Origin: Dendrobates tinctorius | Lineage: Eukaryota | DNA length: 64,000 bases | Assembly: GCF_039654945.1 (NCBI RefSeq) | Contig: NW_027361708.1 | Location: forward strand, 33,232,001 to 33,296,000 | Direction: 5' to 3' | Part shown: positions 39,635 through 53,690 of the stretch, piece by piece | Layout of the letters: the number at the start of each line of letters is the position of its first letter | Position numbering within the stretch: the first letter of the stretch is position 1 | The notes under the pieces: generated by a model | Database searches by the model: none | Told to the model about the DNA's origin: nothing | What the model saw: the letters and a program-made list of their open reading frames with translations, nothing else | Made by a program: the position numbers and the translations under genes

Positions 39635-40732
39635 TACATAGAGAAATTCATAAGGTTTAGACCTAGATTCCCCCAAGTAAACTTAAAATACTTGCATACA
39701 ACAGCTAAAAAAATCCTAGACAACAGATATCACATGAATGTAGCAGATCATCATTCTTCCCATTTTCCTAGCACTGTAACTTTCTGTGAACATGTTGAGC
39801 AATACCAAAATCATTACGTTTTTTTGTGTGTGCTTTATCAGCAGCATCAACACTTTATGATGCCCCCAATGTATTTCTGACTTTGGCAGATACAGAAGTC
39901 TACGTTTATAATTTACTTGTAGACGGGTTTTACTTGTATAGTCTGGCAACAAGCTCACTTTAATTTCCCAAGTTACAATGTACAGTGGAAGAAAGTGTAT
40001 TCATGATATCACTGTGTAATGTAATAAGATGAAACCTAAAGATGTCTGATATGTTACCAGCTTTTCCTCTGTCACTTTTCTGTTCAGGAAGGCAAAGCCT
40101 TTTCTCATGGATAGTCAGTTTTTTAGTGTGGGGCTACAAGACCCTTACACAATATATTTTTCTATGACTGCGATGCTCCAGGCCACGCTGTTTAGACCTT
40201 TCTTAGCGCTTATGCACTCGATGTCTTTAAGAGAGCGGCAAACCTGCATCGTTTTTAAGCAGAAAACATCAGTGCTGTTTTTCTTAAAGTTTCTTCTTGT
40301 ACCGTTCTTGTTGCAGCTTTGCAGTCGACTTTTTTTTTTTTTTTTTAAATGATCTCCTATACAAGATAATGGAGACTTCCAAGCTGAAGCCACATGAAGA
40401 ATGGACTAGTCACTTCTTTTAGCCACTTCATGGCTTTTGGACCCTGAAGCGATTAAAAGAAGTGAAACGTATACACAAATCATTTTGACTTTGCCGTGCA
40501 TATAGTCTTGTCTTTTTGGCATTTTTCTAAACTCTCTTTTCAGGTGAGTTCCAGGCAGAATCTGCCAGAAAAAGAATCCGTGTGCACATTACTCTTAGTT
40601 GGCCATTCAGCATCACATTCATGAGGGTCAGTATTACATTTTGAGCATGCTTTAGCATTTTCAGTTCTACATTCTGCTAGTGCTCTGTATATATATTTTT
40701 TCATTTTTTTAAAAATATGTGATTTAAAAAAC

Positions 40733-40990
40733 GCATGGTGGCTCAGTGGATAGCACTGCAGCCTTGCAGCGGTGGGGTCCTGAGTTCAAATCCCACCAAG
40801 GACAACATCTGCAAGGAGTTTGTATGTTCTCCCCATGTTTGCATGGGTTTCCTCCCACATTCCAAAGACATACTGATCAGGAATGTAGATTGTGAGCCCC
40901 ATCGGAGACAGTGATGATAATGTGTGCAAACTGTAAAGCGCTGCGGAATTTGTTAGCGCTATATAAAAATAGAGATTATTATTATTATTA
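40733..40990 (+). mobile_element. tRNA-derived V-SINE-type element with an L2-like tail
   Basis: A box tggctcagtgg, B box gagttcaaatcc, central ggagtttgtatgttctcccc..gggtttcctcc domain, tail tgtaaagcgctgcggaa..gcgctatataaa + (att)n. Confidence 0.88.
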
Positions 40991-41038
40991 TGATCTCCAT
41001 TATACCGTTTAAATCAGATACATCATTCAGGCCCCACC

Positions 41039-44000
41039 TGTCACAATTCCTCTGCTCAGAATTTCTGGGACTCAGTGATGGACAGCTCTGTCATCCTATC
41101 CTGTGCTGGGGTGTGCTGAGCTCTCTATGTTTTGATTAACAGCTCGATTGACCTATCTGAGGCTAGAAGGGCTAGAGATTTCCACAGGTGCTCCCTGATC
41201 TTGGTAATTGCCCTGCTATTTAGATGAGCTGTCTGGCCCAGATCACTTCCAGTCAAAAGCTTATTCTAAGCCTGTGCTCTCTGGTGTTTGTTCACCTGTT
41301 CCCTGTGCTGTAAGTTCTGATCTACTGCTGCTGACCTTTGGACCGTGTTCAGACTACCCGTTATTGCCCCTTTGCATCTGATATTCTGCTGCTGAGCTTT
41401 GGATCGTGTTCAGACTACCCATTTGTTATTGCCCCTTTGCATCTGATATTCTTTTGCTGACCTTTGGACCGTGTTCAGACTACCCATTTGTTATTGCCCT
41501 TTTGCTTATCCACTATTTCTCTTGTATTCTGACCCTGGCATGTGACCTGGCTTACAACTTCGTATTTTCCCTTGGTTTACTACGTGCTCTTTTATTATTG
41601 ACCCCAGAACTTCTTACTTCGCTGACTCACAGCCTGTCTGTGGGTTTGTGACTAGCATCACATTTTGACTGGCAGCAAAAGTACCTTTATTTTTCTCCAC
41701 CAATGGATCCCATGCACTCTGTGATCAGGTAGCGAATCTAACCCATAAGGTTCAGGATCTGGCAAAGGAACCCCAAAAACTAGAAACTTCACAGTCCCAG
41801 CTTCAGGGTCAGTTTTTTAGAACTATGGATGCTTCCCAGAGTTCAATACCATCATCCATATCAATGACTTCTGATCCTTCTGACGTGCAGTTGGTTTCTC
41901 CTGAACCTGTAGTTGGTACTTCTTGACAAATTTTGGGGTGAGAAGGATTAGTTTAGGGTGTTTAAGGGAGCTGCAATTTATTTTTACCTTATGACCCCAG
42001 TCTTCAAGGGATGAGTACCAGCAGGTGGCAATAATCCTGTCCCTATTACGAGAGGGTCCTCAGAGTTGGGCATTCTCTTTGTCCACACTAGCCCCAGAAC
42101 GATCTTCCGTTGTTGCCTTTTTTGATGCCTTAGGGATGAGCTATGACGAACCTGACAGGGCCCAGGTTGCAGAAGCTAAGAGAGTAAATCTGACACAGGG
42201 GAGCGCACCGCACAGGACTATAGCTCTGAATTCTGACAATGGTCCTCTGAAGTTTTGTGGAATGATGCAGCTCTCAGGTGTCAGTTTAACTGTGGCCTTT
42301 TGGATACTCTAAAGGATGCTCTGGCTTTGCGTACTCCACCGTGTTCCCTGGGGGGACGCCATGACCCAGGCCATTCAAATGGATCGTCAAGTTTGTGAGA
42401 GGCGTGAACAACAGGTCAGTCATCCTGCCCAAGTCTGTTAACTTACCAGAGACTGAACCAATGGAGGTTGGAGTAGCCCGCTCTCAGGTCGTGAAGAGGA
42501 GGCGTTAGTGTGATCTTAGACTTTGCCTTTTTTTGTGGTCGTGCCGGACATTTCCTCAAAGACTGCTCCATACACCCTCAAGCCAGCAAGCGTCAGGAAA
42601 CGTCTAAAGGTACCGTCACATTTAGCGATGCACCAGCAATCCCGACAAAGATACGACCCGGTCAGGATCGCTGGTGCATCGCTAAATGGTCGCTAGTGAG
42701 CTGCCAAACAGGCAGATCTCACCAGCGACATAGCAGCGGTCGGCGGTTGTTACTTACCTGTCAGATGCGGCGATGAAGACGTTCTCCCGCCCGCGTCCAC
42801 GCGTCGCTTGTCGGCGCCAGCAGGAAGCGGCCAACGAGAAATGGCCCAGGACGTTCTCGCGCGATCAGCGATAACCAGCGGGGGGAGCCGGTCAGAGGTA
42901 AGTATCACACATAGCGATATCGCTAGCAATATCGCTGCTGCGTCACAAAATCGGTGACGCTTTAGCGATATCACTAGCGATCTCGCTTAGTGTGACGGGC
43001 CCTTAAGTCTGGGTGATATTCGAGGAGGTCACCCAGACTTCCAGGTATCATTTTACTCCTCAGATAAAGTATTGCTGAACGTGAAACTTTGTTTTCAGAA
43101 CCTGTGGCTATCTGCTCTTGCTTTCATTGACTGTGGATCTGCCACCAATTTCATTGATTCTGGACTGGTTCTTAAATTAGGATTAGGGACAGTTAGATTG
43201 GAAAGACCTATTCAGATTGTTGGTGTTGGGATTTCTATGGCTGCACATCCATAATCCTGCATAATCCTGTTATTGATTGGTGTCGGAAGGATATTGTTAA
43301 ATGGACTTCCTACTGTCATAAGAAATGTCTTAGCGCTGTACAAGTTTGCTCCGCTAGTCTGGTGGGCCTGCCAGCTTACCTGAAAGACTTAGGATGTGTG
43401 TTCTCAGAGAAAGAGGCTGAGGTATTACCTTCCCATTGTCCTTACGATTGTGCTATAAATCTTTTTTCGTAATGCCAAATTGCCTAAAGCTCGCTTTTAT
43501 AATTTTTTGGGACCTGAACGGACCGCTGTGATAGAATATGTTAATGAAAGTTTAAGGAAGGGTCATATCCATCCTTCCTCCTCACCTATAGATGCGGGGT
43601 TCTTTTTTGAGAAAAAGAAAGATGGTGGCCTCCGTCCTTGCCTCGATTTCCTTGAACTAAACAAAATTATGGTTAAGACTAACTACCCGCTTCCACTTAT
43701 CTCCGACCTATATAATCAGCTTACGGGGGCGAAAAGGTTTTCTAAGCTTGACCTTAGAGGGGCATATAATCTGATACGTGTCCTGGAGAATGATGAGTGG
43801 AAAATGGTGTTTTTAACGTCGGAGGGTTTATTTGAAAATCTTGTCATGCCTTTGGGTTAAACCAATGCACCTGTAGTCTTTCAGAACTTTATAAATGACA
43901 TTTTTTCAGATATTATTGGAAGGTTTGTTGTGGTATACCTTGAAGACATTCTAATTTTTTCGCCTGATCTGAATTCTCACTACGAGCACGTTCGATTTGT

Positions 44001-44680
44001 TTTACAGAAACTCAGGGAAAACTCTTTGCTGAATTGGAAAAATGTTCTTTTCTGTTCAGTAAATATCGTTCTTGGGGTTCATTGTGTCAGCTGAAGGGTT
44101 TAAAATGGACCCTGGGAAGATGCAGGCTATAATTGATTGGGTTCAACCTCGTGATCTGAAAGCAATGCAACGATTCTGAGGGTTGGCTAATTACTACAGA
44201 AAGTTTATTAAGGGTTTTTATCAGATAGTGAAACCTCTTACTGACCTCACACGAAAGGGGGTGGATCTTATGGTTTTGTCATTGGATGCTGTTGGCTCCT
44301 TTGATAAATTAAAGGAGTGCTTCATGTCCTCTCCAGTTTTGATTCAACCTGATCTCCAGAAACCATTCATCGTAGAAGTTGATGCCTCAGATGTTGTGGT
44401 GCGGACTGTTTTGTGTCAATGTTCCAAAACGCTGATCAACTTGTGTCCATGTGCATTTTTCTCCAGGAAATTTTCTTCTGCTGAAAGCAATTATGATGTG
44501 GGGAATCGCGAGCTGCTCGCTGTCAAGTTAGCTTTTGAAGAATGGCGACATATTTTGGAGAGAGTTATTCATCCCGTTACTGTAGTGACAGATCATAAAA
44601 ATTTAGCCTATATTGAATCTGCTAAACGTTTAACCCCTAGATAGGCCAGATGGTCCTTATTTTTCTCTAGATTCATTTTT
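41039..44680 (+). mobile_element. Decayed Ty3/Gypsy LTR retrotransposon: 5' LTR (~41039-41662), gag, protease, RT and RNase H; truncated before integrase
   Basis: TGTCAC..TCACA LTR; CCHC knuckle remnant (CGRAGHFLKDC); FIDCGS protease motif; KKDGGLRPCLDF, KLDLRGAYNL, YLEDIL; VEVDASD..NYDVGNRELLAVK..TDHKNL; many stops. Confidence 0.92.
42608..43003. mobile_element. Harbinger/PIF-type MITE inserted at the Gypsy gag/pol junction
   Basis: TAA TSD (42605-42607, 43004-43006); aggtaccgtcaca / tgtgacgggccct ends; same family as 26024-26430. Confidence 0.87.
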
Positions 44681-46183
44681 TCTAGATTTCATTTATTGAC
44701 ACCTCTCCATTATTAACCCCTTAATCCTATATGACGTACTATCCCGTCCATGTGCCCTGGGACTTAATTCCCAGGTGACGGGATAGTACGTCATAGCGAT
44801 CAGCGACGCCCACGTGGTGAGCGCCGCTGATCGCGGCTGAGTGTCAGCTGATTATCACAGCTGACACCCGGCACAATGTGTCAGGGGCGGTCACGGACAG
44901 CCCCCGACACGTTAACCCCTTGCACACCGCGATCAAACACGATCTCCGTGTACCGGGGGTTAAAGGGAAGCATCGGCAGGGAGGGGGCTCCCTCCGTGCT
45001 TCCCTGAGCCCCCCACGGCAGCTCAATGTGCAGCGCTGCTGCGGGGGCTCCTTCCCTGCAGGCCCCCAAATCCAAGATGGCGATGGGGACCTTGGGCGGC
45101 CTGCAGGGAGCCGGCTTCCTCAGTGCCTGCAAAGCGCAGGCACGAGGACGCCTGCTGCACTGCCTGTGACAGATCGCTGATCTGTCAGAGTGATCTGTGA
45201 TGTGACAGATCAGCAATCTGTCACAGGACAGTGATGTCCCACCTGGGACAATGTAATAAAGTTAAAAAAAGAAAAAAGTGTTAAAATAATTTTTTAAAAA
45301 ATCGCCAAATAAATTAGAAAAAAAAAAAAAATTCCCCCAATAAATTCATTTTTTGGAAATAAAAACAAAACAAAACAATAAAAGTACACATATTTGGTAT
45401 TGCCGCGTCCGTAACGACCTGCCCTCTAAAACTGTCCCATTTGTTAACCCCTTTAGCGAACCCCTTAAAAAATAAAAATAAAAAACGAAGCAAAAAAATA
45501 CTGATTTATTATCATACCGCCGAACAAAAAGTGCAATAATGCGCGATCAAAAAGACGCATATAAATATCCATGGTACCGCTGAAAACAACATCTTGTGCC
45601 GCAAAAAATGAGCTTCCATACAACATCATAAGCGGAAAAATAAAAAAGTTATAGCTCGCAGAATAAAGCGATGCAAAAATAATTATTTTTTATATAAAAT
45701 AGTTTTCATTGCATAAAACCGACAAAACATAAAAAAAACCTAAATGAGGTATTGCTGTAACTGTACTGACCCGAAGAATAAAAGGGCTTTATCAATTTTA
45801 TCGCATGCGGAACGGTGTAAACGCACCCCACCCAAAAGAAATTCATGAAACGCTGGTTTTTGTTCATTCTGCGTCCCAAAAATCGGAATAAAAAGCGATC
45901 AAAAAATGTCACGTGCCCGAAAATGGTACCAATAAAAACGTCAACTCGTCCCACAAAAAACAAGACCTCACATGACTCGGTGGGTCAAAATACGGAAAAA
46001 TTATAGCTCTCAATATGTGGTGATGCAAAAACTATTTTTACAATAAAAAGCGTCTTTTAGCGTGTGACAGCTGCCAAACATAAAAACCGCCATAAATAGT
46101 AAATCAAATCCCCCGTTATCACCCTCTTAGTTAGGGAAAAATAATAAAATTAAAAGAAAATGTATTTATTTCCATCTTCCCAT

Positions 46184-46263
46184 CAGGGTTAGGGATAGGG
46201 CCAGGGCTAGGGTTAGGGCTGAGATTAGGGTTAGGGGTGTGTTGGGGTTAGGGTTGGAGTTAG
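46184..46263 (+). repeat. Degenerate telomere-like (TTAGGG) array
   Basis: agggttagggatagggccagggctagggttaggg... Confidence 0.8.
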
Positions 46264-46267
46264 AATT

Positions 46268-47700
46268 TGGGGTTTCCACTGTTTGGGCACATCAGGTGCT
46301 CTCCAAATGCAACATGGCGTCTGATCTCAATTCCAGCCAATTCTGAGTTGAAAAAGTCAAATGGTGGTACTTCCCTTCCAAGCTCTGCCATGTGCCCAAA
46401 CAGTGTTTTAACCCCATATATGGGGTATCAGCCTACTCAGGACATTGCAAAACAACTTTTGGGGTCCAATTTCTCCTGTTACCCTTAGGAAAATAAAAAG
46501 TTGGGGGCAAAAATATCATTCTTGTGGAAAAAAATGATTTTTTTTATTTTCATGCCCGGGCTTTATAAACTTCTGTGAAGTACTTGGGGGTTCAAAGTGC
46601 TCACCACACATCTAGATAAGTTCCGTGGGGGGTCTAGTTTCCAAAATGGGGTCACTGTTGGGGGGTTTCAATAGTTTAGGTACATCAGGGGCTCTCCAAA
46701 GGCAGCATGACACCCGCAGACCATTCCATCAAAGTCTGCATTCCAAAACGTCACTACTTCCCTTCCGAGACCCGACGTGTGCCCATACAGTAGTTTTCTC
46801 CCACATATGGGGTGTCAGTGTACTCAGGACAAATTGGACAACAAACTTTGGGGTCCAATTTCTCTTGTTACCCTTGGGAAAATAAAAAAATTGGGGACTA
46901 ATTGATCATGTTTGTGGAAAAAATACGATTTTTTTTATTTTCATGCCCGGGCATTATAAGCTTCTGTGAAGCCCTTGGGGGTTCAAAGTGCTCACCACAC
47001 ATCTAGATAAGTTCCTTAGGGGGTCTAGTTTCCAAAATGGGGTCATTTGTGGGGGGTTTCCACTGTTTAGGTACATCAGGGGCTCTCCAAACGCAACATG
47101 GTGTCCGATCTCAATTCTAGCCAAAAACGTCACATGGCGCTGCTTCCCTTCTGAGCAGTGCCATGTGCCCAAATAGTGGTTTACCCCCACATGTGGGGTA
47201 TCAGCGTACTCAGGACAAATTGCACAATAACTTTTAGGGTCCTGTTACCCTTGGGAAATTAAAAATTGGGGGTGAAAAGATCATTTTTGTGGAAAAAATA
47301 TGATTTTTTAATTGTACTGCTGTACGTTATAAACTTCTGTGAAGCCCTTGTGGGTTCAAAGTTCTCACCACATATCTAGATAAGTTCCTTGGGGGGTCTA
47401 GTTTCCAAATTGTGGTCACTTGTGGGGGGGTTTCCACTGTTTACATACATCAGGTGCTCTCCAAACGTGACATGGCGTCCAATCTGAATTCCAGCCAATT
47501 TTGCATTGAAAAAGTCAAACGCCGCTCCTTCCCTTCTGAGCTTAGCCATGCGCCGAAACAGTGGTTCCCCCCCCCACATTTCAGGTATCAGCGTACTCGG
47601 GACAAATTGCACAATAAATTTTGCAGTCCAATTTCTCCTGTTACCCTTGGTAAAATAAAAAAAATTGAACCTGAAGTATTTTTTTTGTGAAAAAAAGTTA
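46268..47700. repeat. ~380-390-bp internal tandem repeat (about 3.5 copies)
   Basis: Recurring ctagataagttcc..ggggtctagtttccaaa at ~46612, ~47003 and ~47376. Confidence 0.85.
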
Positions 47701-48307
47701 AATGTTCATTTTTTTTTAAATATTCCAAAAATTCCTGTGACACACCTAAAGGGTTAATAAACTTCTTGAATGTGGTTTTGAGCACCTTAAGGGGTGCAGT
47801 TTTTAGAACGGTGTCACTTTTTGGTATTTTCTATCATATAGACCCCTCAAAGTGGCTTCAAATGTGATGTGGTCGGTAAAAAATAAAATGGTGTTGCAAA
47901 AATGAGAACTCGCTGGTCAATTTTTAACCCTTATAACTTCCTAACAAAAAAAAATTTTGGTTCCAAAATTGTACTGATGTAAAGTAAACATGTGGGAAAT
48001 GCTACTTATCAAGTTTTTTGTGTGCTGTATCTCTGTGATTTAAGGGCATAAAAATTCAAAGTTGGAAAATTGCAAAATTTTCAAAATTTTCGCCAAATTT
48101 CCATCTTTTCACAAATAAACGCAAGTTATTTAAATGAAATTTTACCACTAACATGAAGTACAATATGTCACGAGAAAACAATGTCAGAATAACTGGGATC
48201 CATGGAAGCGTTTCAGAGTTATTACCTTATAAAGGGACAGTGGTCAGAATTGTAAAAATTGGCCCGGTCATGAACGTGCAAACCAACCTTGGGGCTTAAG
48301 GGGTTAA

Positions 48308-49164
48308 TCGGCTTAATGTCACCTTCCAATTGTAAGGTGATATTAACCCTTTAATATTAACCCATTAGCCACCGCTACAGGGCAATGGGAATAGAGAGGC
48401 TAAGTGCCAGAAAAGGCACATCTTATAGATGTGCCTTTTCTGGGGTGTCTGGGGGCAGATTTTTGTAGCAAGGGGGGGCCAAAAACAATGGTCCCTCTCA
48501 AGGCTATTAAAATATGCCCTCACTCACTGGCTTTCCCTCTCTGTTTGCGATTTTACCATGGGAGCCCACGCAATATTTTTCAATGAATTAACTCCTTTAG
48601 TTAATACCTACATGTACCAAATTTTACACACAAAGCCTAAGCTAATTATAGTCAGGGACATATAAAAAAATAAATGAATTGAAATGGTTTCCTGTATGTA
48701 AACCATGTGTCATTTCATGTCAGGTTTTGGATTGATTTTGCAGAAGCCAGCAATTGAATTAGCGGCTATTCTGTTATGTAGAACTCAATGAATTGAATGT
48801 ATATATATATGTCTATATCTATTCTTTCGTTTCTTTATTAAACATGTCAGTGTGATTTTACTGTATTACCAAATGAATTGCCGGCTTTTGTTATAGGACA
48901 CCAGGTGCGATTTTCTCGCAAGTCAGACTTGTGGTCCGTTTGTAATCCGATTTTTTTATCGCACCCTTAAAAACTTGCTTTGGCGAGTCCAATCCGATAA
49001 TCGGTGACATTCGCAGCATGCTGTGATTGTTTCGGCCCGAGGAAAATGGTCGAGGAAAAATCGGATGATGGGTGCTGCCCCATAGATTAACATTGGGATG
49101 ATTGCAATGCGATTTTTTTATCGCATTGCATTCGTACGTTTTTGTCGCCAGTGTGACTCCAGCC
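48308..49164. mobile_element. Right part of a Harbinger-type non-autonomous element (host of the piggyBac-like insertion)
   Basis: Ends in agtgtgactccagcc-TAA; continuous with 44681-44716. Confidence 0.55.
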
Positions 49165-49444
49165 TAAGAAAGGATTTCTCAACAAGAATACTGCTGATAT
49201 GAGGCGTTCAGGTATGACTGTTTTAGGTTAAAACCATCCCAGGTGGTGATAGATTCCCTTTAAGCATGAAAGTACGGTAGTTATTCATTTCTATGTAACT
49301 TGTCCAAATTTTTATCAACGTAACTGAAATAAATCTGTTACTTTTATATATTTAATTTACCCAAAGACCTTTACTACATCTGAAATTTCACATCTATGCT
49401 TTGATTACTAGATAGTCAGTGGAATGGACCTGCTTCTTGTTTAA

Positions 49445-51280
49445 TCTGAAATCGGAAATCTGCTCCCAACCACCAAGTGCTGTGACTCCCATCCCTTCCT
49501 GCTTCTCCCCTGGCTCACTTTCCACATTTGATCCCATCACAGAAGAAGAAGTCTCCAAACTCCTCTCTTCTTCTCGTCCGACTACATGCACTACCGACCC
49601 ATTCCCTCACACCTCCTCCAGTCTCTCTCTCCAGTCGTCACAACCCACCTAACTACAATCTTTAATCTCTCCCTCTCCTCGGGCATTTTCCCATCCTCCT
49701 TCAAACACGCCATCATTACTCCATTACTAAAGAAACCCGCTCTCGACCCATCCTGCACAAACAACTACAGACCAGTCTCCAATCTCCCCTTCATTTCTAA
49801 ACTTTTGGAGCGCCTAGTTTACTCCCGCCTTACCCGTTACCTCTCCACTCACTCCCTTCTAGACCCTTCACAGTCCAGCTTCCGCCCCCTACATTCGACT
49901 GAAACTGCACTCAGCAAAGTGACCAATGACCTTCTGACAGCAAAACGTAAAGGTGACCACTCTCTGCTCATTCTTCTTGACCTATCTGCAGCTTTCGATA
50001 CTGTTGACCACCATCTCCTACTCTCTAGGCTCCAGTCACTAGGCATTAAGGACACTGCTCTCTCCTGGTTCTCTTCCTATCTCTCTGACAGCTCCTTCAG
50101 TGTTTTGTTCTCTGGCTCCACTTCATCTCCTCTTCCTCTTGCTATCGGGGTACCTCCGGGCTCAGTCCTCGGCCCCTTCTCTTCTCTCTCTACACAGCCC
50201 CAATTGGACAGACCATCAGCAGATTTGGCTTTCAGTACCATCTTTATGCTGATGACACACAACTATACACGTCATTCCCCGACCTTACCCCCTCTGTATT
50301 ACAGAACGCCAGTGACTGTCTGTCCGCAGTCTCCAATATCATGTCCACTCTCTATCTGAAACTCATCCTCTCCAAAACTGAACGTCTTCTGCTCCTGCCA
50401 TCTACTAACCTCCATAAATCGGACATTTCCCTCTCTGTGGGTGGTACCACAATAACACCCCGGCAGCAGGCGTGCTGTCTAAGCATTATATTTGACACCA
50501 ATCTCTCCTTCACATCCCATATACAATCTCTTGCCCACTCTTGCCGCTTACACCTAAAGAACATCTCTGGAATCTGCCATTTTCTCACCATGGAAACAAC
50601 AAAAACCCTCACTGTAGCATTGATCCACTCCCGCTTGGATTACTGCAGCGCTCTATTAATTGGCCTCCCCGTCACTCGACTATCCCCTCTCCAGTCCATA
50701 CTTAATGAAGCAGCCAGGGTTGTCCATCTGGCTAATCGGTACTTGGACGTGTCCTCTCTTCGTCAGTCAATACACTGGCTGCCCATTCATTATAGGATCC
50801 AATTCAAAGTACTTGAAAGTACCTCCCACTCCCGACTCCAAGACTTCTCCCGTGCTGCTCCTATCCTCTGGAATGCTCTACCCCAAGAAATTAGGACTAA
50901 CCACAATTTGCATAGTTTTAGGTGCTCCCTCAAAACACATTTGCTCAGAGTGGCTTATCACGTTCACTAATCAAAGTCATTCTATGTGTGTGTGTGTGTG
51001 TAGCCCATTCACTATATCCATCCATGCTTCACTCGCTCAAGATGGCTGGACCTTCATTGTAAATATAGAATTGTAAATACACACCTGTACTTTGTATTTC
51101 CCCCACCTCATTGTAGATTGTAAGCTCTCATAAGCAGGGTCATCTTATTTCGTCTTATTTTGCTTTAATTATTGTATTGTTAACGTTGTTACTTATGGCT
51201 TGTGTTTTGAAACTGTTAAACTGTAAAGCGCTGTGGAATATGTTGGCGCTGTATAAATAAAGATTATTATTATTAATAAT
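49445..51280 (+). mobile_element. 5'-truncated L2 (CR1/L2 clade) LINE with 3' UTR and (ATT)n tail
   Basis: [39 protein letters not shown], a frameshifted [26 protein letters not shown]; internal deletion near 50815. Confidence 0.95.
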
Positions 51281-51774
51281 AATCTTTGCCACCAATGTGT
51301 TAAACCTATTGTGTGTCTACATGATCCCTTTACTTTTTTCGCTGTTAATTTCTGCTGTATGTGAGTGTTGCGTTTTTATTTGAAGTATACTTTGAATCCA
51401 CATTATCTGAATTCCATCTTTTTGGAAAGCAATAACCTTAAGGCTTTGTGTTGTACATTTTCATATTTTGACGACTCTTGATGCATCGTCACATTTTCAT
51501 TTTAATTTGAATATTTTGCTCTGAGCTTTTTCTATTTCACGTCAGTAATCCAACTGACCTAAAAAATAAAATAAAAAGGGATTGATTGTGGTATTACTCT
51601 TTAATTTTTTTGAGCAACCATAATATAAAAAACAACTTAAAGGTAAATTCTTAGTAAAATAAAAGTTATATCCGTATAAGACCTGCATTTTTATTTTACA
51701 CAAGTTGTCAAAGTATTGAAAACATGACTGATTTCTTTCAAAAAACATTGTGACCTTTGACTATGGGTTGTGAC

Positions 51775-52548
51775 TAGTAATGTGCGAACCCAAACAGTAA
51801 AGTTTGGGATTCGTATCGAACACCTAGTGTCCGTGCATGGACCCCGTAGCGTGGACTTTCCCAGGAACTCCATGCAACTGCTCGGGTTTGGCACCCCAAA
51901 CATCAGCTGTTTCCCATGCTGTCATCTCTGTGACAGTGCGAGAAACACCACTGGCTCTAATTGGCAGTAAGATCATTACTGCCGGTCAGAGAGCTGTGGT
52001 TCCCACACTGTCAGAGGACAGCATGTGAACAGCGGTAAAAAGGTCACAGGCGTCGGATGATGAGTACTATTCTCCTCGGCATATATCTACTGTCCCAGAG
52101 AGCAGGTAAGGCTTACCAGTGGTAACGATCTCACCGCCAATCATAGCCTGTGTTTGCCGTGCTGTTATGGAGATGACAGGGTGGCAAACACATGCTCGGC
52201 TCTCTCATTCAGATGAATGGGTTCAAGTTCAGGTACTGATCTGATACCCTAACCAAAGATTTTTTTAAATGATTGGCCGGACCCGAAAAACCACGGATAT
52301 GCCCATCACTGGTTCATTCATAGGACACAGATCCATCTGCCAGGTCAATAATCTGTGAATCTCCTTACCTCCCAGTTTTACAGGCTCTTGTTTTGATTAG
52401 CCGGGCTGGTGCAAGGTCATCATTAATGCACACAAACGTTGCACCAGCCTGTCTAATCTAAAGAAAAGCTGGTAATGCCAGGAAGTAACAGAGGCTCGCA
52501 GACTAAAAACCTAGCGAATGGACCCATTATTCGATTCTCCTATCTCTA
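51775..52548. mobile_element. Adjacent hAT-type MITEs
   Basis: tagtaatgtgcgaaccc ... gcccatcactg (to ~52311), then a second inverted-end unit finishing ttctcctatctcta. Confidence 0.5.
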
Positions 52549-52996
52549 GTTATGGCTAGAGTTGAGCGAAACGGGTCGAAAAATTTCAAAAGTCGCCGAC
52601 TTTTGGTAAAGTCGGGTTTCATGAAACGAAACCCGACCCTAGGGTGAGGTCGGCCACGAGCTCGGCGACTTTAGCGCCAAAGTCGCGTTTCAAAAGTTTG
52701 TTTTCCGCCCTTTTTCAGCCAATCAGGATCCACGGACACTGTGGGCAACGTGATGACATAGGCAGGGGTCACCACCATCTTTGAGAAGGGCATGCAAGTG
52801 ATTGGCTTGCTTTGGGGGGCGTCACAGGGGGTATAAAAGGGCGTGCATGCCGACCGCCATGTTACTCATACTGATCTCAGAATAGGGAGAGCTGCTGCTG
52901 CTGATGATTCTGTAGGGAGAGCTTGGCACTCAAAAGAAAAATTGATTTGACAGTTCCTTTATTGTAAAAGGCATCCAGTTAAATATACTTCTTTTA

Positions 52997-53045
52997 CTTC
53001 TTTAAACGTTTTCGGTCATACAATTGACCTTCATCAGAAACAGAA
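52997..53045 (-). ncRNA. Minimal hammerhead ribozyme (minus-strand copy)
   Basis: Exact reverse complement of 53691-53739. Confidence 0.78.
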
Positions 53046-53690
53046 TTTTTTCACAGTTGGTTTTAACTGAGAGGAACTGTAATGGAAAATACCATATATC
53101 ATTATTAAAGAATCGCTGTCATAAGTAGGCACTATTCAGTACTGGGTATATTCATTAATAATGTGGAGAAACAGACGTCTGGGAAGCAGCAGCTACCATT
53201 CATGTAGGAAATCACCAGACCCACGGGTCTGTCCTGCCCAGGGAGGCAAGTGTGTCACAGGGAGAGTGAACGCGCTGTTCAGGAGAAGCACTGAGGGTGC
53301 AGAGGAATAGCGCTTGGTCTGTGGCTGGACGCATGTGCTGCTGGTATGAGAGGACAGACCATTTGGAGAATCACAGCACCCAGTTGTGGACATTCATGCC
53401 TGTCACAAACAATACAGGATAGTTTCCTGAATAGATTACAGTACAAATTTCTGGACACCCACACCAATCATTGGATCTACCGGTCCCTGTATAACCCAAG
53501 GTGTCAAACCTGTGGGTCTGGTAATTTCCTACATGAATGGTAGCTGCTGCTTCCCAGACGTCTATTTCTCCACATTATTAATGAATATACCCAGTACTGA
53601 ATAGTGCCTACTTATGACAGCGATTCTTTAATAATGATATATGGAATTTTCCATTACAGTTCCTCTCAGTTAAAACCAACTGTGAAAAAA

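Larger units (their letters stand above)
44717..48303. mobile_element. Non-autonomous piggyBac-like element, 3.6 kb
   Basis: TTAA TSD (44713-44716, 48304-48307); ccccttaa / ttaagggg ends; the flanking host element rejoins across it; no transposase. Confidence 0.82.

Noticed and set aside
40733-40800. tRNA-like A and B boxes
   Set aside because: Head of a SINE rather than a tRNA gene; it runs into the SINE body and L2 tail.
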